This document shows positions 47,930-58,907 of a DNA stretch of 64,000 nucleotides, piece after piece. Under the pieces are notes generated by a model, which saw only the letters and a list, made by a program, of their open reading frames with translations, searched no databases and was not told the origin of the DNA. Each line of letters begins with the position of its first letter. Position 1 is the first letter of the stretch. This DNA comes from Kiritimatiellia bacterium (lineage in GTDB: Bacteria; Verrucomicrobiota; Kiritimatiellia; RFP12; UBA1067), in the NCBI GenBank assembly GCA_028686345.1, contig JAQUCE010000009.1, forward strand, positions 1,343 to 65,342, given 5' to 3'. The position numbers were made by a program, and so were the translations under genes.

Positions 47930-49387
47930 ATGAATCGTCGGAACTTCTTGAAAACGACCGCTGCTGCGGCCACAACACTTTCTGCCGCATCCTGCCTTAG
48001 GGCGCAGGGCGCGAACGATGCCATCAGGTTAGCCGTTATCGGTATGGGGTCAAAGGTCAAAATCGGCGGCATGGGTCGCAATGATATGAAGGGGTGCCGC
48101 GCCGTGCCCGGAGTCCGCATCGCGGCACTCTGCGATGTTGATTCCGTCAATCTCGGGTATGCTGTTGAGGACTGCGAAAAGCATAACGAGAAGCCGGAAA
48201 CCTTCTCAGACTACCGGAAATTACTTGAACAAAAGGATATTGATGCTGTTTGGGTAACTACGCCGAATCACTGGCACGCTTTAATTTGCATCCACGCCGC
48301 TCAGGCGGGCAAACATGTGTTCGTGCAAAAGCCGGTCTGCCACAACCTGTTCGAAGGCCGGAAAATGCTCCAGGCCGCCCGGAAATACAACCGGATCGTG
48401 TACTCATCGACAATGACTCGGTCAATGGGTGGATTCCGCGAGGCCTCTCAGTTTGCCATTGACGGAAATCTCGGCAAACCTCTGTTTATTCATGCGGTGC
48501 GCTACGGTGCCCGGACAGCCATCGGTAAGGTCACCGCCCCGACACCGATCCCCGCGACGATCGACTATGATCTCTGGTGCGGGCCGGCTCCGCTCAAGCC
48601 GCTCATGCGGCAGAACCTGCACTACGACTGGCATTGGGATTGGGAGTACGGCAACGGGGAACTCGGCAACTGGGGCATTCACCTTCTCGACGGTGCGCGC
48701 CAAATCGCCGGGAAGGAGATGCCGAAGAGCGTGTTGAGCGTCGGCGGTCGTTTCGGTTACATCGACGACGGAGAGACACCGAACACCCAAATCACGTTTT
48801 TTGACTATGAGCCGCTGCCGATCATTTACGAGATGCGGGCACTGCCGAGAGACAGGCAGCTCTGGAAAGACGGCGGTTGGGGACAGCAAGGCATGGATAC
48901 GTTCCGCGGCCAGGCGTTCACGACATCCATCCAATGCCAAGACGGCTACACGGTCGGCAACCAGGCCTTTGATAAGGCCGGCAGGCTGGTTAAGGAGTTT
49001 AAACTGCCGCAGCGATCAGTCCGGAGTGCCTTTTTCGATGCCATCCGGGGCGAGCAGCCCATGCCGTATTACGACATTGCCGAAGCCCATGTTTCGACAG
49101 GTCTGGTGCATCTGGGAAATATCTCGCATCGGCTCGGCAAGGAGGTCGCGCCTGAGCAGATCCGGGAGCGGGTTGCCTTTAACGCTGATTTCCAGCGGGT
49201 TTGGGAGCGAATGCTTACCCATCTTGACGCGAACAACATCGATCTCCGCAAAACACCGCCAACTCTTGGCCCGTTCCTGCAATTTGATCCTGCAACAGAG
49301 CGATTCACCGGCGCGCTAGCCGAGATGGCTAACCAATATCTTGGACGTGAATACCGCAAGGGATTTGAGGTGCCTGACAATGTATAA
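47930..49387 (+). CDS. Gfo/Idh/MocA family oxidoreductase with twin-arginine signal
   Basis: MNRRNFLKTTAAAATTLSAASC Tat motif. Rossmann NAD-binding N-domain (…RLAVIGMGSK…), C-terminal GFO_IDH_MocA_C-like region. Confidence 0.8.
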   Translation: MNRRNFLKTTAAAATTLSAASCLRAQGANDAIRLAVIGMGSKVKIGGMGRNDMKGCRAVPGVRIAALCDVDSVNLGYAVEDCEKHNEKPETFSDYRKLLEQKDIDAVWVTTPNHWHALICIHAAQAGKHVFVQKPVCHNLFEGRKMLQAARKYNRIVYSSTMTRSMGGFREASQFAIDGNLGKPLFIHAVRYGARTAIGKVTAPTPIPATIDYDLWCGPAPLKPLMRQNLHYDWHWDWEYGNGELGNWGIHLLDGARQIAGKEMPKSVLSVGGRFGYIDDGETPNTQITFFDYEPLPIIYEMRALPRDRQLWKDGGWGQQGMDTFRGQAFTTSIQCQDGYTVGNQAFDKAGRLVKEFKLPQRSVRSAFFDAIRGEQPMPYYDIAEAHVSTGLVHLGNISHRLGKEVAPEQIRERVAFNADFQRVWERMLTHLDANNIDLRKTPPTLGPFLQFDPATERFTGALAEMANQYLGREYRKGFEVPDNV

Positions 49388-49417
49388 CCCTCGAAACAGA
49401 TTACTAACCAACGGAGA

Positions 49418-50305
49418 ATGACTATGACACGACGCGATTTCTTGATGCGCAGCACGGCGTTGACGGCCACGCTGGCAGCCCCCTTTTCTTTTGCAGCAGA
49501 GCCGCAGAAGGGGTTGAGATTGGGATTGACCACCTATATGATCGGCAGCAAATGGACGATTCCGGAGCTGATCGAGTTTCTGCCGAAATTCGATATTTTC
49601 GGTGTTGAACTCAGGAGTGACATGAAGTTCGCACACGGCATCGAACTAGCAAGTGGCAAGGATGCGCGGGCCGAGGTCGCTAAACGCTTTAGCGACAGCC
49701 CGGTCAGGCTGGTCGGTATTGCCAGCGGCGAGCGGTATGACTCTCCAGATGCCGCGACACTCGGCAGGTCTGTCGAGCGGACAAAGGAGCTGTTGCAGTT
49801 TTGTGCTGATCTCGGGGCTCAGGGACTCCGCGTTTTCCCAAACGATTTCCACAAAGATGTGCCCAAGGAGAAGACGCTGGAGCAGATTGCCGGAGCACTC
49901 AAGGAGTTGGCTCCCACAGCCGCATCGCTCGGGGTGGAGTTGCGGCTCGAAGCGCACGGCAGCGTCGGCCTGCTGCCGCATATGGGGAGTATCGCCAAGG
50001 CGGTCGGTGATCCGGGTGTCCGGGTGATCCTCAACAGCGATTTCCGGGACACGCAAGGTGAAGGGCTGGCGGCCAATCTTGAAAAGGTCGGCTCCTATCT
50101 CGCGGGAACGCTCCATATTCACTCTCTCACAGCACAGAACTACACTGATGCAAAATTCTATGAGACGCAATTCGCTTTCCTGAAACGCATCGGTTGGAAC
50201 GGGTTTTGCATGTTGGAAATAGGTGATAAACCGGATAACGAGGCGCGGTTCAAGGAGATCGCGCAGCAGAAAAAACGCTGGGATGAACTCACCGCGGAAC
50301 TCTGA
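49418..50305 (+). CDS. sugar phosphate isomerase/epimerase (xylose-isomerase-like TIM barrel) with twin-arginine signal
   Basis: MTMTRRDFLMRSTALTATLAAP Tat motif. AP-endonuclease-2/xylose-isomerase-like barrel. Confidence 0.7.
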   Translation: MTMTRRDFLMRSTALTATLAAPFSFAAEPQKGLRLGLTTYMIGSKWTIPELIEFLPKFDIFGVELRSDMKFAHGIELASGKDARAEVAKRFSDSPVRLVGIASGERYDSPDAATLGRSVERTKELLQFCADLGAQGLRVFPNDFHKDVPKEKTLEQIAGALKELAPTAASLGVELRLEAHGSVGLLPHMGSIAKAVGDPGVRVILNSDFRDTQGEGLAANLEKVGSYLAGTLHIHSLTAQNYTDAKFYETQFAFLKRIGWNGFCMLEIGDKPDNEARFKEIAQQKKRWDELTAEL

Positions 50306-50309
50306 GACC

Positions 50310-50520
50310 GCAGCAGGCTAAAGCAGCTAGTCACCGCCTGTCTGCGTGCTGCGCACAGGCAGGCAACCAAAAGATACTGTGTGATGTGCGGGAGGTCGCC
50401 GTCCTGGCTGAAAAGTTAGTGGGTAAGAGCCCGCTGCTACAGTAACAAACGCCTCGCGTTTGGGGCAAGCAAGGTAACTGCACAATAATCGGCCAGAGCT
50501 CGCGGAGATTCGCGGGCAAA
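50310..50520. repeat. gene-3' repeat family R2 copy (ends with ctcgcggagattcgcggg motif)
   Basis: gctaaagcagctagtcaccgcctgtctgcgtgctgcgcacaggcaggcaaccaaaagatactgtgtgatgtgcggg… including an imperfect hairpin cctgtctgcg…cacaggcagg. Confidence 0.6.
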
Positions 50521-50711
50521 AAATTATCACGCTCCCCATTTTTCTACCCATCTATTTTTCTACCTAAAAAACAACCTAGCGTACCCTCTGTGCCTCTCAG
50601 TGTCTCAGTGGCAAAAAACTGGTTGCCTGCCTGTGCGTTGCACGCATAGCGAGCCAAAAAAAAGGCTCTGGAGTTTCCTCCAGAGCCTTTTATAATTATG
50701 GTTTGACTACC

Positions 50712-53700
50712 TTATGCTTGAGGCGTGGCGGCTGCCATGGCTTTGAGCTCTGCGTAGTTGTCTCTGAACTTCTGCTCAGCGCCTTTGAGCATCTCTTCCG
50801 CAAGGGGGTTGAGCTTCATCAACTGCTTGAAGCGGTTCTCGGTGCCAGCGGTCTCCGCAAATGAGATCGACGGCTCTTTGCTGTCGAGCTGCAGCGGGTT
50901 TTTGCCCTCTGCCGTGAGATCCGGATTGTAGCGGTAGAGCGGGAAGTGGCCGCTGTTGACGGCGATTCGCTGCTGCTCCAGCCCCTTAACCATATTGATG
51001 CCATGGGCAATACAGTGCGAGTAGGCGATGATCACCGCTGGTCCGTCATAGGCTTCAGCTTCGGCAAAAGCCTTAACTGCCGCAGCCGGGTTGGCTCCCA
51101 TGCTGATCTGCGCGACGTAGATGTTCTTGTATGTCATTGAGATGACACCCAGGTTTTTCTTCATCTGCGGTTTGCCGGAAGCGGCAAATTTCGCGACAGC
51201 ACCCATTGGAGTTGACTTTGATGCCTGTCCGCCGGTGTTGGAGTAGACCTCGGTGTCAACAATCAGCACCTTGATGTTGCGTCCAGTTGCCAGCACATGA
51301 TCAAGTCCGCCATATCCGATATCGTAGGCCCAGCCGTCGCCACCAATGATCCAGACGGATTTTTCGATGATGTGGTCAGCGACTGAGAGCAGGTTTTTCA
51401 GGGTTTTTGTACCCTCTTCGCATCTGCCAGTGCTGCAGGCCGGGTTGGTTATGGCTGCTTTAAGCTCTGCCACCAGGCCGCGTGCCTCTTCAATGCCCTC
51501 GGAGGAGCGCTGATCAACCGCCAGAATCTTGGTGGCAATAGATTTCAGAGCTTCCGGGGCCTCTTCGGTGGCGGTGATTGTGGTCAGCATCTCAAAGGCG
51601 TACTCCTTCAGCTTGTCAGCTGTCAGGCGCATGCCCATGCCGAACTCCGCATTATCTTCGAACAGCGAGTTCGACCAAGCCGGTCCACGTCCGTCCGTGC
51701 GAGTGCAATACGGGGTGGTGGGCAGGTTGCCGCCATAGATGGAGGAGCAACCAGTGGCGTTGGCAATCAGCAGACGGTCACCCACGAGCTGCGTGAGCAG
51801 CTTGATGTAGGGTGTCTCCCCGCAACCGGCGCAGGCGCCCGAGAACTCGAACAGGGGCCGCTTGAGCTGGCTGCCCTGAATCGAGTTCGGATTGATCTTG
51901 CTGATGTCGGCCTCAGGCAGATTCAGGAAGAAATCCCAGTTCTGCACCTCAGCGGCGCGCAGCGGGATCTGATCCGTCATGTTGATTGCTTTTCTGGTCG
52001 GGTCGGTTTTATTCTTCGCCGGGCAGCGCTCAACGCACAGGCCGCAACCAGTGCAATCTTCCGGCGCGCACTGGATTGTGTACTTGTAGCCGGGGTAGGC
52101 CTTGGCAATCAAGCCCTTGGTGTCAACGGATTTAAATGTCTCCGGCGCGTTCTCCAGCCGGGCTGGGTCGTAGACCTTGCCGCGGATGGAGGCGTGTGGG
52201 CAGACCAGTGAGCACTGCATGCACTGGATGCAGGTATCCGGATCCCATGCCGGGATGGAGAGCGCGATGTTGCGCTTTTCCCATTGGGTGGTTGCCGTGG
52301 GCCAGGTGCCGTCATCCGGAATGGCTGAGACTGGCAGATCATCGCCGCGCTGGGCCATAATCTCGGCTGTCACGGTCCTGACAAACTCAGGCGCCGCATC
52401 GGAGACTACCGCGGGCTTCTTGGTTTTGCCGGCCGGTGCATCAGGGTAGTCCACTGCGACCACGGCGGCCGCCGCGGCATCAATGGCGTTCCAGTTCATC
52501 TGAACAACGGCTTCGCCTTTGCTGCCGTAGCTCTTCTTGGCCGCGGCTTTCAGTGAGGCAATGGCTTCGTCCTCTGGCAGGATGCCGGAGATCTTGAAAA
52601 AGGCCGCCTGCATCACGGTGTTGATGCGACCGCCCAGCTCCAGTTCCACGTCAAGCTTGTGAGTGTTAACCGCAAAAAGCTTGAGTTTTTTATCAATGAT
52701 CTGCTGCGCAACCTCATCCGGGACATTGTCCCACAGCTGGTCAGCATCGAACGGTGTTGCCAGCAGGAAGGTGCCGCCTGGCTTAATGTTGCTCAGCATA
52801 TCGTATTTCTCAAGGAAAGAGAATTGGTGACAGGCAACAAAATCCGTTTTGGTGCAGAGGTAGGGGCTGCGGATCAGGTTTGGTCCAAAGCGCAGATGCG
52901 AGACCGTGATCGCGCCGGCTTTCTTTGAGTCATAGACAAAGTAGCCCTGAGCGAAGTTATCGGTGTCACTGCCGATGATCTTAATCGAGTTTTTGTTGGC
53001 GCCCACAGTGCCGTCAGAGCCCAGTCCATAGAACATGCACTCTTTGCGCCCCTCGTCCGGCAGGGTGAAGTCGGTTGGCCGCTCCAGATTGAGGTGGGTG
53101 ACATCATCAACGATATTGACGGTGAAGTTGTTCTTCGGCTTCTCTGCTGCTGCATTGTCAAACACGGATTTAACATCCGCTGGGGTGAACTCCTTGGAGC
53201 CCAGCCCGTAACGACCGCCATAGGTCGGAATCCAGCGGCCAAGATCAACGGTCTTCTCCTGCATGACCTCGCCAATTGCGGTGCGGACATCATTGTAAAG
53301 CGGTTCGCCGACTGAGCCAGGCTCTTTTGTGCGGTCCAGCACGGTAATGGTCTTGATGTTCTTGGGCAGTGCTCTGGCAAAGGCCTCTTTGTCAAACGGA
53401 CGATAGAGCCGCACTTTGACAATGCCGAGTTTTTTGCCGCTCTTGGCCAGCTCTTCGGCGGTTTCGTGCGCGGTCTCCGCGCCTGAGCCCATAATCACGA
53501 GCACATGCTCGGCATCCGGGGCGCCCACATAATCAAAGAGTTTGTATTTGCGACCAGTCAGATCAGCGAACTTGTCCATGTACTTCTGAACAATTGCGGG
53601 AGTTGCGTCATAGTATTTATTGACGGTCTCGCGCCCCTGGAAGTAGACATCCGGGTTTTGAGCTGTGCCGCGCAGTGAGGGCTTTTCAGGGCTCAGGCCG

Positions 53701-54314
53701 CGGGCGCGATGCGCTGCAACCAGATCGTCGTCGATCATGGCCTGAATAGTTTTGTCGCTGACATCGTCAATTTTCTGGACTTCGTGGGATGTGCGGAAAC
53801 CATCGAAGAAGTGTATGAAGGGTATACGGCTTTCGAGTGTCGCGGCATGTGCGATTAAGGCCAGGTCCATGACTTCCTGCACGCTGTTGGAGGCCAGCAT
53901 GGCAAAGCCTGTCTGGCGGCAGGCCATCACATCACTGTGGTCGCCAAAGATTGAGAGGCCCTGGCAGGCCAGCGAGCGTGCGCTGACATGGAAAACCGTT
54001 GAGATCAGCTCACCCGCGATCTTATACATGTTGGGTATCATCAACAGCAGCCCCTGCGAGGCCGTGAATGTGGTGGTCAGTGCACCGGTGGTGAGTGCTC
54101 CGTGGGCCGCGCCGGCGGCGCCGCCCTCGGATTGCAGTGCCATCACATGCGGGACAGTGCCCCAGATATTTTTCTTGCCCATGGCGGCCCACTCATCATT
54201 CCACTCACCCATTGTGGAAGAGGGGGTAATCGGATAGATCGCCGCTATTTCACTGCAAGCGTATGCTATTTTTGCCGCGGCCTGGTTGCCGTCAAGCATG
54301 ACTTTATTCGACAT
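50712..54314 (-). CDS. nifJ: pyruvate:ferredoxin (flavodoxin) oxidoreductase, single-polypeptide form
   Basis: About 1200 aa starting MSNKVMLDGNQAAA…. TPP-binding, 4Fe-4S (CIQCMQCSLVCPH, CTGCGLCVERCP) and C-terminal domains all present. Confidence 0.9.
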   Translation of the reverse strand: MSNKVMLDGNQAAAKIAYACSEIAAIYPITPSSTMGEWNDEWAAMGKKNIWGTVPHVMALQSEGGAAGAAHGALTTGALTTTFTASQGLLLMIPNMYKIAGELISTVFHVSARSLACQGLSIFGDHSDVMACRQTGFAMLASNSVQEVMDLALIAHAATLESRIPFIHFFDGFRTSHEVQKIDDVSDKTIQAMIDDDLVAAHRARGLSPEKPSLRGTAQNPDVYFQGRETVNKYYDATPAIVQKYMDKFADLTGRKYKLFDYVGAPDAEHVLVIMGSGAETAHETAEELAKSGKKLGIVKVRLYRPFDKEAFARALPKNIKTITVLDRTKEPGSVGEPLYNDVRTAIGEVMQEKTVDLGRWIPTYGGRYGLGSKEFTPADVKSVFDNAAAEKPKNNFTVNIVDDVTHLNLERPTDFTLPDEGRKECMFYGLGSDGTVGANKNSIKIIGSDTDNFAQGYFVYDSKKAGAITVSHLRFGPNLIRSPYLCTKTDFVACHQFSFLEKYDMLSNIKPGGTFLLATPFDADQLWDNVPDEVAQQIIDKKLKLFAVNTHKLDVELELGGRINTVMQAAFFKISGILPEDEAIASLKAAAKKSYGSKGEAVVQMNWNAIDAAAAAVVAVDYPDAPAGKTKKPAVVSDAAPEFVRTVTAEIMAQRGDDLPVSAIPDDGTWPTATTQWEKRNIALSIPAWDPDTCIQCMQCSLVCPHASIRGKVYDPARLENAPETFKSVDTKGLIAKAYPGYKYTIQCAPEDCTGCGLCVERCPAKNKTDPTRKAINMTDQIPLRAAEVQNWDFFLNLPEADISKINPNSIQGSQLKRPLFEFSGACAGCGETPYIKLLTQLVGDRLLIANATGCSSIYGGNLPTTPYCTRTDGRGPAWSNSLFEDNAEFGMGMRLTADKLKEYAFEMLTTITATEEAPEALKSIATKILAVDQRSSEGIEEARGLVAELKAAITNPACSTGRCEEGTKTLKNLLSVADHIIEKSVWIIGGDGWAYDIGYGGLDHVLATGRNIKVLIVDTEVYSNTGGQASKSTPMGAVAKFAASGKPQMKKNLGVISMTYKNIYVAQISMGANPAAAVKAFAEAEAYDGPAVIIAYSHCIAHGINMVKGLEQQRIAVNSGHFPLYRYNPDLTAEGKNPLQLDSKEPSISFAETAGTENRFKQLMKLNPLAEEMLKGAEQKFRDNYAELKAMAAATPQA

Positions 54315-54404
54315 TTTATTCTCCTTCATAAATACAACAAGGCGCCCGCAGGCGCCATGGAAAGACAGACGCATCTGCTGGCTGGCAGATGCGCTGTGAT
54401 TTTT

Positions 54405-55349
54405 TTACCTCTTTAAAGCCGCGCGTACGTTATCGAGCTGCCCGGCTGATCCCAGCAGGACATTTTTGGCGGCAATGAAATTCGCGTACTCTTCCATAAA
54501 GATCTTGCCTGGACCACGCAGATCAAACTGCTCAGGATGATCACGGAAGTACTCGCGGTGAACGCGGCACCAGACCAGACGTCCGTCGGTGTCGATGTTA
54601 ATCTTGGTTACACCCAGCTTAGAGGCGCCAAGGAACTGGCTGGCATCAACGCCGCTCGCGCCTTTGATTGCGCCGCCCGCCGCGTTGATACGCGCCACCT
54701 CTTCTTTGGGCACTGAGGAAGATCCGTGCATCACCAGCGGGAAGCCGGGGAGCAGCTTCTGGATGTCCTCGAGAATATCAAAACGCAACTTCTGTTCGCC
54801 GGCGAATTTGAAGGCGCCGTGTGATGTTCCAATGGCGCAGGCCAGTGAGTCAACGCCGGTCTTTTTAACAAAGTACTCTGCTTCGGAGGGCTTGGTGTAA
54901 ACATGCTCTGCTGACTCAATGTCCTCTTCAATCCCTTTCAGAAGGCCAAGCTCAGCCTCGACCACCAAGCCTTTGGCGTGGGCTGCGTCGACCACGCGCT
55001 TGGTGATCGCGATGTTCTCCTCCAGATCAAAGTGTGAGGCATCGATCATAACCGAGCTGTAAACACCGGATTCAATGCAGTCCATGCAGGTCTCCTCATC
55101 GCCATGATCCAGATGAACCGCGAAAACCGCTTCGGGGAAGATCTCAGCCGCGGTTTGCATCAGTGTTTCGAGCATTCTCTTATGGGTATAGGAGCGCGCG
55201 CCTTTGGAGAGCTGCACAATAAAAGGAGCTTTGCTCTGCACGTTGCCTTGAAACAGACCCATGGTCTGCTCAAGGTTATTAATGTTGTACGCGCCGATCG
55301 CGTATTTGCCATAGGCCTGCTGGAAAAGTTCTTTTGTGGTGACAATCAT
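54405..55349 (-). CDS. fba: fructose-bisphosphate aldolase, class II
   Basis: MIVTTKELFQQAYGKYAIGAYNINNLEQ…HLDHG…. The start is taken at MIVTT. Upstream in-frame ATGs exist up to 55457. Confidence 0.85.
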   Translation of the reverse strand: MIVTTKELFQQAYGKYAIGAYNINNLEQTMGLFQGNVQSKAPFIVQLSKGARSYTHKRMLETLMQTAAEIFPEAVFAVHLDHGDEETCMDCIESGVYSSVMIDASHFDLEENIAITKRVVDAAHAKGLVVEAELGLLKGIEEDIESAEHVYTKPSEAEYFVKKTGVDSLACAIGTSHGAFKFAGEQKLRFDILEDIQKLLPGFPLVMHGSSSVPKEEVARINAAGGAIKGASGVDASQFLGASKLGVTKINIDTDGRLVWCRVHREYFRDHPEQFDLRGPGKIFMEEYANFIAAKNVLLGSAGQLDNVRAALKR

Positions 55350-55859
55350 GGTAAACTCCATACAATAGTTTAGTATATTCGCAGCAAGATTATAAATAAA
55401 GTTACTGCATGTGAAATTAAAGTCTCTCAGTATAGCGGTTTGAGCGGCGCTCTTCAAGTCGAAACCAGCGCAGGTGGTTTATTTTTCTACCCTCAATTTT
55501 AACCACGCAAGGCGCGAAAAGCACGAAAGGGGTGCGTAGCTGATTTTTAACCACAAAGGGCCCGGTACGTTTTTTCGCCACGAAGGCACCAGTCTTCGCC
55601 TACGGCTACGCCATGGCACAGCAAAGGAGACGAAGATTTCCAATCATTGTTCCTTCTTTTGCGCTTTTTGTGCCTTTCTGCGGCTATGCTGCGCTAGGTT
55701 CCTTGTGGTTTCAAAATTAAAGTGCAACCATTTTGACCCCTATGTCCAGTGATCTGGCATACTGCAACAGCCATGAGAAAAGTACGTCCTAGCGTGTAGT
55801 GTTGCTTCTATAAAGCAATTAGCGGATGCCGGCGATTGTTCGTCAAAGGCGCGCCTTGG

Positions 55860-56020
55860 GATTTCATTATCTTTGTTTGGCTCATCCGTCTTCAGGCTTC
55901 GCAAAAGCTACGCCCGGACAAGTCGTCCAGCAACCCGTCTTCGTCCCGCACAACCGGGCTGGCCGCGGCATGGCAAAGCTACGCCGGACAAGTTCCGCCA
56001 GCCCTGGAGTTTCAACTTGG
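55860..56020. repeat. dispersed repeat family R3 copy
   Basis: Matches ~4098-4240. Confidence 0.6.
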
Positions 56021-56088
56021 GTTAAACCTGTAAGAGGCGCACAAATAAGAGGCCGATAAAAAAAATGATAATAATTGTTCACGACAGT

Positions 56089-56125
56089 TGACAAAGCGTG
56101 TTGAATTTAGGTATTCTATCTGTCG
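56089..56125 (+). promoter_or_regulatory. candidate sigma70 promoter (TTGACA-N18-TATTCT) for the tRNA-Thr/tuf operon
   Basis: ttgacaaagcgtgttgaatttaggtattctatc, ~150 nt upstream of tRNA-Thr. Confidence 0.35.
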
Positions 56126-56276
56126 TTTCTTTTCAGGAAATAGTTTTTTTTTGGAAAGGGATGATTATATCAAAGTAGAACAGCTCCAATACGGTTGGTT
56201 TCATGGTCAATACAGCCCGGAAGGCTGAACCGTTAATGGGTGAGGGTATCTTTACCTGGTTTGGAGATTTGCCAAT

Positions 56277-56352
<76 letters not shown>

Positions 56353-56394
56353 CTTTGGTAAATTTTTTGTCACAACTCACAGGAGAAACTTAAA

Positions 56395-57606
56395 ATGGCG
56401 AAAGAGACATTTGAGAGAAACAAGCCCCACATTAACGTTGGTACAATTGGCCACGTTGACCACGGCAAAACAACGCTGACAGCAGCGATTACCAACGTGC
56501 AATCACTGAAAGGTTATTGCAAACCGATTTCATATGATCAGGTTGCGAAGGCTTCCGAGTCGGCAGGACGCCGCGATTCAACAAAAATTTTGACCATCGC
56601 CACATCTCACGTGGAGTATGCCACAGAGGCGCGTCACTATGCGCACGTTGACTGTCCCGGTCATGCGGACTATGTTAAAAACATGATCACAGGCGCGGCC
56701 CAGATGGATGGCGCGATTTTAGTGGTCAGCGCGGCTGACGGTCCCATGCCGCAGACCCGCGAGCACATTCTGCTGGCGCGTCAGGTGGGTGTTCCGCAGG
56801 TGGTGGTATTTTTGAACAAGGTTGACCTTGTGGATGACGACGAGCTGCTTGAGCTGATTGAGATGGAAGTGCGTGAGCTGCTCTCCAAGTATGATTATCC
56901 TGGCGACGATGTTCCCATTATCCGCGGCTCGGCGCTGCCGGCCAGCCACGCCAAGTCACCCGATGATCCGGCATGCGACTGTATTCAGGAGTTGATGGAT
57001 GCGCTGGATTCCTACATTCCTGAGCCTGAGCGCGTTCTGGACAAGCCCTTCCTGATGCCGATTGAGGACGTGTTCTCAATTGAGGGTCGTGGAACAGTTG
57101 TGACTGGACGTATTGAGCGCGGTGTGATAAAGACTGGTGAAGAGGTAGAGATTATTGGTCTGCGCCCGACTGTCAAGACAACCTGCACAGGTGTTGAGAT
57201 GTTCCGCAAGCTGTTGGGTCAAGGCCAGGCTGGCGACAACATTGGCGCGCTGCTGCGCGGCACCAAGAAAGAGGATGTGGAGCGCGGTCAGGTGCTGGCT
57301 AAGCCCGGTTCGATCACGCCGCACACCGATTTCTCCGGTGAGGTGTATGTGCTGAGCAAGGAAGAGGGTGGACGTCACACTCCGTTCTTTAAAGGATACC
57401 GTCCTCAGTTTTACATCCGTACCACGGATGTGACAGGTGACATCACCCTGCCTGAGGGTGTTGAGATGGTTATGCCTGGCGACAATATTTCGATTGAAGT
57501 CAAGCTGATCTCGCCGGTCGCGTTGGAAGACAAGATGCGTTTCGCTATTCGTGAAGGCGGACGTACCGTGGGTGCCGGAACCGTGGCAACTGTTACGAGA
57601 AAGTAG
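56395..57606 (+). CDS. tuf: translation elongation factor Tu
   Basis: [21 protein letters not shown] motifs. 403 aa. Confidence 0.95.
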   Translation: MAKETFERNKPHINVGTIGHVDHGKTTLTAAITNVQSLKGYCKPISYDQVAKASESAGRRDSTKILTIATSHVEYATEARHYAHVDCPGHADYVKNMITGAAQMDGAILVVSAADGPMPQTREHILLARQVGVPQVVVFLNKVDLVDDDELLELIEMEVRELLSKYDYPGDDVPIIRGSALPASHAKSPDDPACDCIQELMDALDSYIPEPERVLDKPFLMPIEDVFSIEGRGTVVTGRIERGVIKTGEEVEIIGLRPTVKTTCTGVEMFRKLLGQGQAGDNIGALLRGTKKEDVERGQVLAKPGSITPHTDFSGEVYVLSKEEGGRHTPFFKGYRPQFYIRTTDVTGDITLPEGVEMVMPGDNISIEVKLISPVALEDKMRFAIREGGRTVGAGTVATVTRK

Positions 57607-57677
57607 TTTCCTGTGAGCGATTCCTGCTGGGGCGTATGCTCCGGCAGGGGTCTCAGCTGCATGAAGGGGCGAATAAT

Positions 57678-57830
57678 ATGCCGAGAGATTTAGCAATTAT
57701 GGCTTGCACTGAGTGCAAGCGTCGGAATTACACAACCACGCGCAACAAGCGCACCATTGCCACGCGTTTGGAGCTCACCAAGTTCTGCAAACATGATCGC
57801 AAGCGCACTTTGCACCGCGAGGTTAAGTAA
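57678..57830 (+). CDS. rpmG: 50S ribosomal protein L33
   Basis: [25 protein letters not shown]… 50 aa, starting at the internal Met of the 64-aa ORF. Confidence 0.8.
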   Translation: MPRDLAIMACTECKRRNYTTTRNKRTIATRLELTKFCKHDRKRTLHREVK

Positions 57831-57838
57831 TTTAATTT

Positions 57839-57914
57839 AGGCCAGTAGCTCAATTGGCAGAGCACCGGTCTCCAAAACCGGTTGTTGGGGGTTCGATTCC
57901 CTCCTGGCCTGCCA
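57839..57914 (+). tRNA. tRNA-Trp (anticodon CCA)
   Basis: Acceptor aggccag/ctggcct, anticodon loop ctCCAaa, T-loop gggggTTCGATTccctc, 3' CCA encoded. Confidence 0.85.
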
Positions 57915-58000
57915 TTTCATAGCGGGTTTCAACTGTTCTGCGCCTAGGGGCGCAGTGACGGTTTTTGTATTTAACCGCAGATGACCGAAGGGTCTAAAAG

Positions 58001-58204
58001 ATGAGTGACTTAAAGAGTGCCGTTCAACGTCTGGGAGGATATCTCGGTGAAGTTGGTGTGGAGTTTAAAAAGGTTTCATGGCCGGATCGGCAGGAGCTGG
58101 TGGACTCCACCTATGTGGTGATCTCGTTCATTGTAATATTGGCCGTGGTGGTCCTTTGTTGCGATAAAGTGATTCAGTTTGTACTTCAACTGATCCATAC
58201 GTAA
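58001..58204 (+). CDS. secE: preprotein translocase subunit SecE
   Basis: 67 aa with a single C-terminal TM segment. Canonical position between tRNA-Trp and nusG. Confidence 0.8.
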   Translation: MSDLKSAVQRLGGYLGEVGVEFKKVSWPDRQELVDSTYVVISFIVILAVVVLCCDKVIQFVLQLIHT

Positions 58205-58229
58205 GAGCTCAAAGCACGGAGATTTCACC

Positions 58230-58793
58230 ATGACAAAACAGTGGTTTGTATTACATACATTGACAGGGCAGGAGCTTAAAGTGCGGCGCTCGATTGAGGC
58301 GCGTGTACGGCTGGAGGAGATGGGGAACTACATTGGGGAGGTTATGATACCGACCGAAAAGGTTTCCGAGGTCAAAAACGGTAAAAAGACCACCATCACC
58401 CGCAAATTTTTCCCTGGGTATGTCTTGATTAATCTCGCTCTTTACCAAGAGAACCGTGAGGTGATTGAACCAACGTGGCGTTTTTTAAAAGAGACGCCGG
58501 GTGTTATAGGCTTTATCGGCGGTGATCGTCCGAGGCCGCTTGCAGACAAAGAGGTTGATGATATTCTCAACCAGACGGCTGAGAAAGAAGAGAAAGTTAA
58601 GCCCAAGGTTATTTATGAGCCGGGCGAATCCGTTAAAATCATTGATGGTCCGTTTATGAGTTTCGCCGGAACCGTTGATGAAGTGGATCCTGATCGGGGT
58701 AAGTTAAAGGTCTCTGTAGCGATCTTTGGACGTTCCGCCCCGGTGGAACTGGAATACTGGCAGGTTGAGCGCGCTGATAACGAAGAGTCGTGA
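58230..58793 (+). CDS. nusG: transcription termination/antitermination factor NusG
   Basis: NGN domain (WFVLHTLTGQELKV…) and C-terminal KOW (ESVKIIDGPFMSFAGTVDEVD). Confidence 0.9.
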   Translation: MTKQWFVLHTLTGQELKVRRSIEARVRLEEMGNYIGEVMIPTEKVSEVKNGKKTTITRKFFPGYVLINLALYQENREVIEPTWRFLKETPGVIGFIGGDRPRPLADKEVDDILNQTAEKEEKVKPKVIYEPGESVKIIDGPFMSFAGTVDEVDPDRGKLKVSVAIFGRSAPVELEYWQVERADNEES

Positions 58794-58907
58794 GCCACTG
58801 CTGGAGTTTGTCCGCTGCTGGTCGGCGGGCTGCCAGTTTTAAAATGTTAACTCGTTTGTACCGGGTGGGATGCCGGGAGAGTGACGCAGAAAAAGTTAGG
58901 TGTAATT

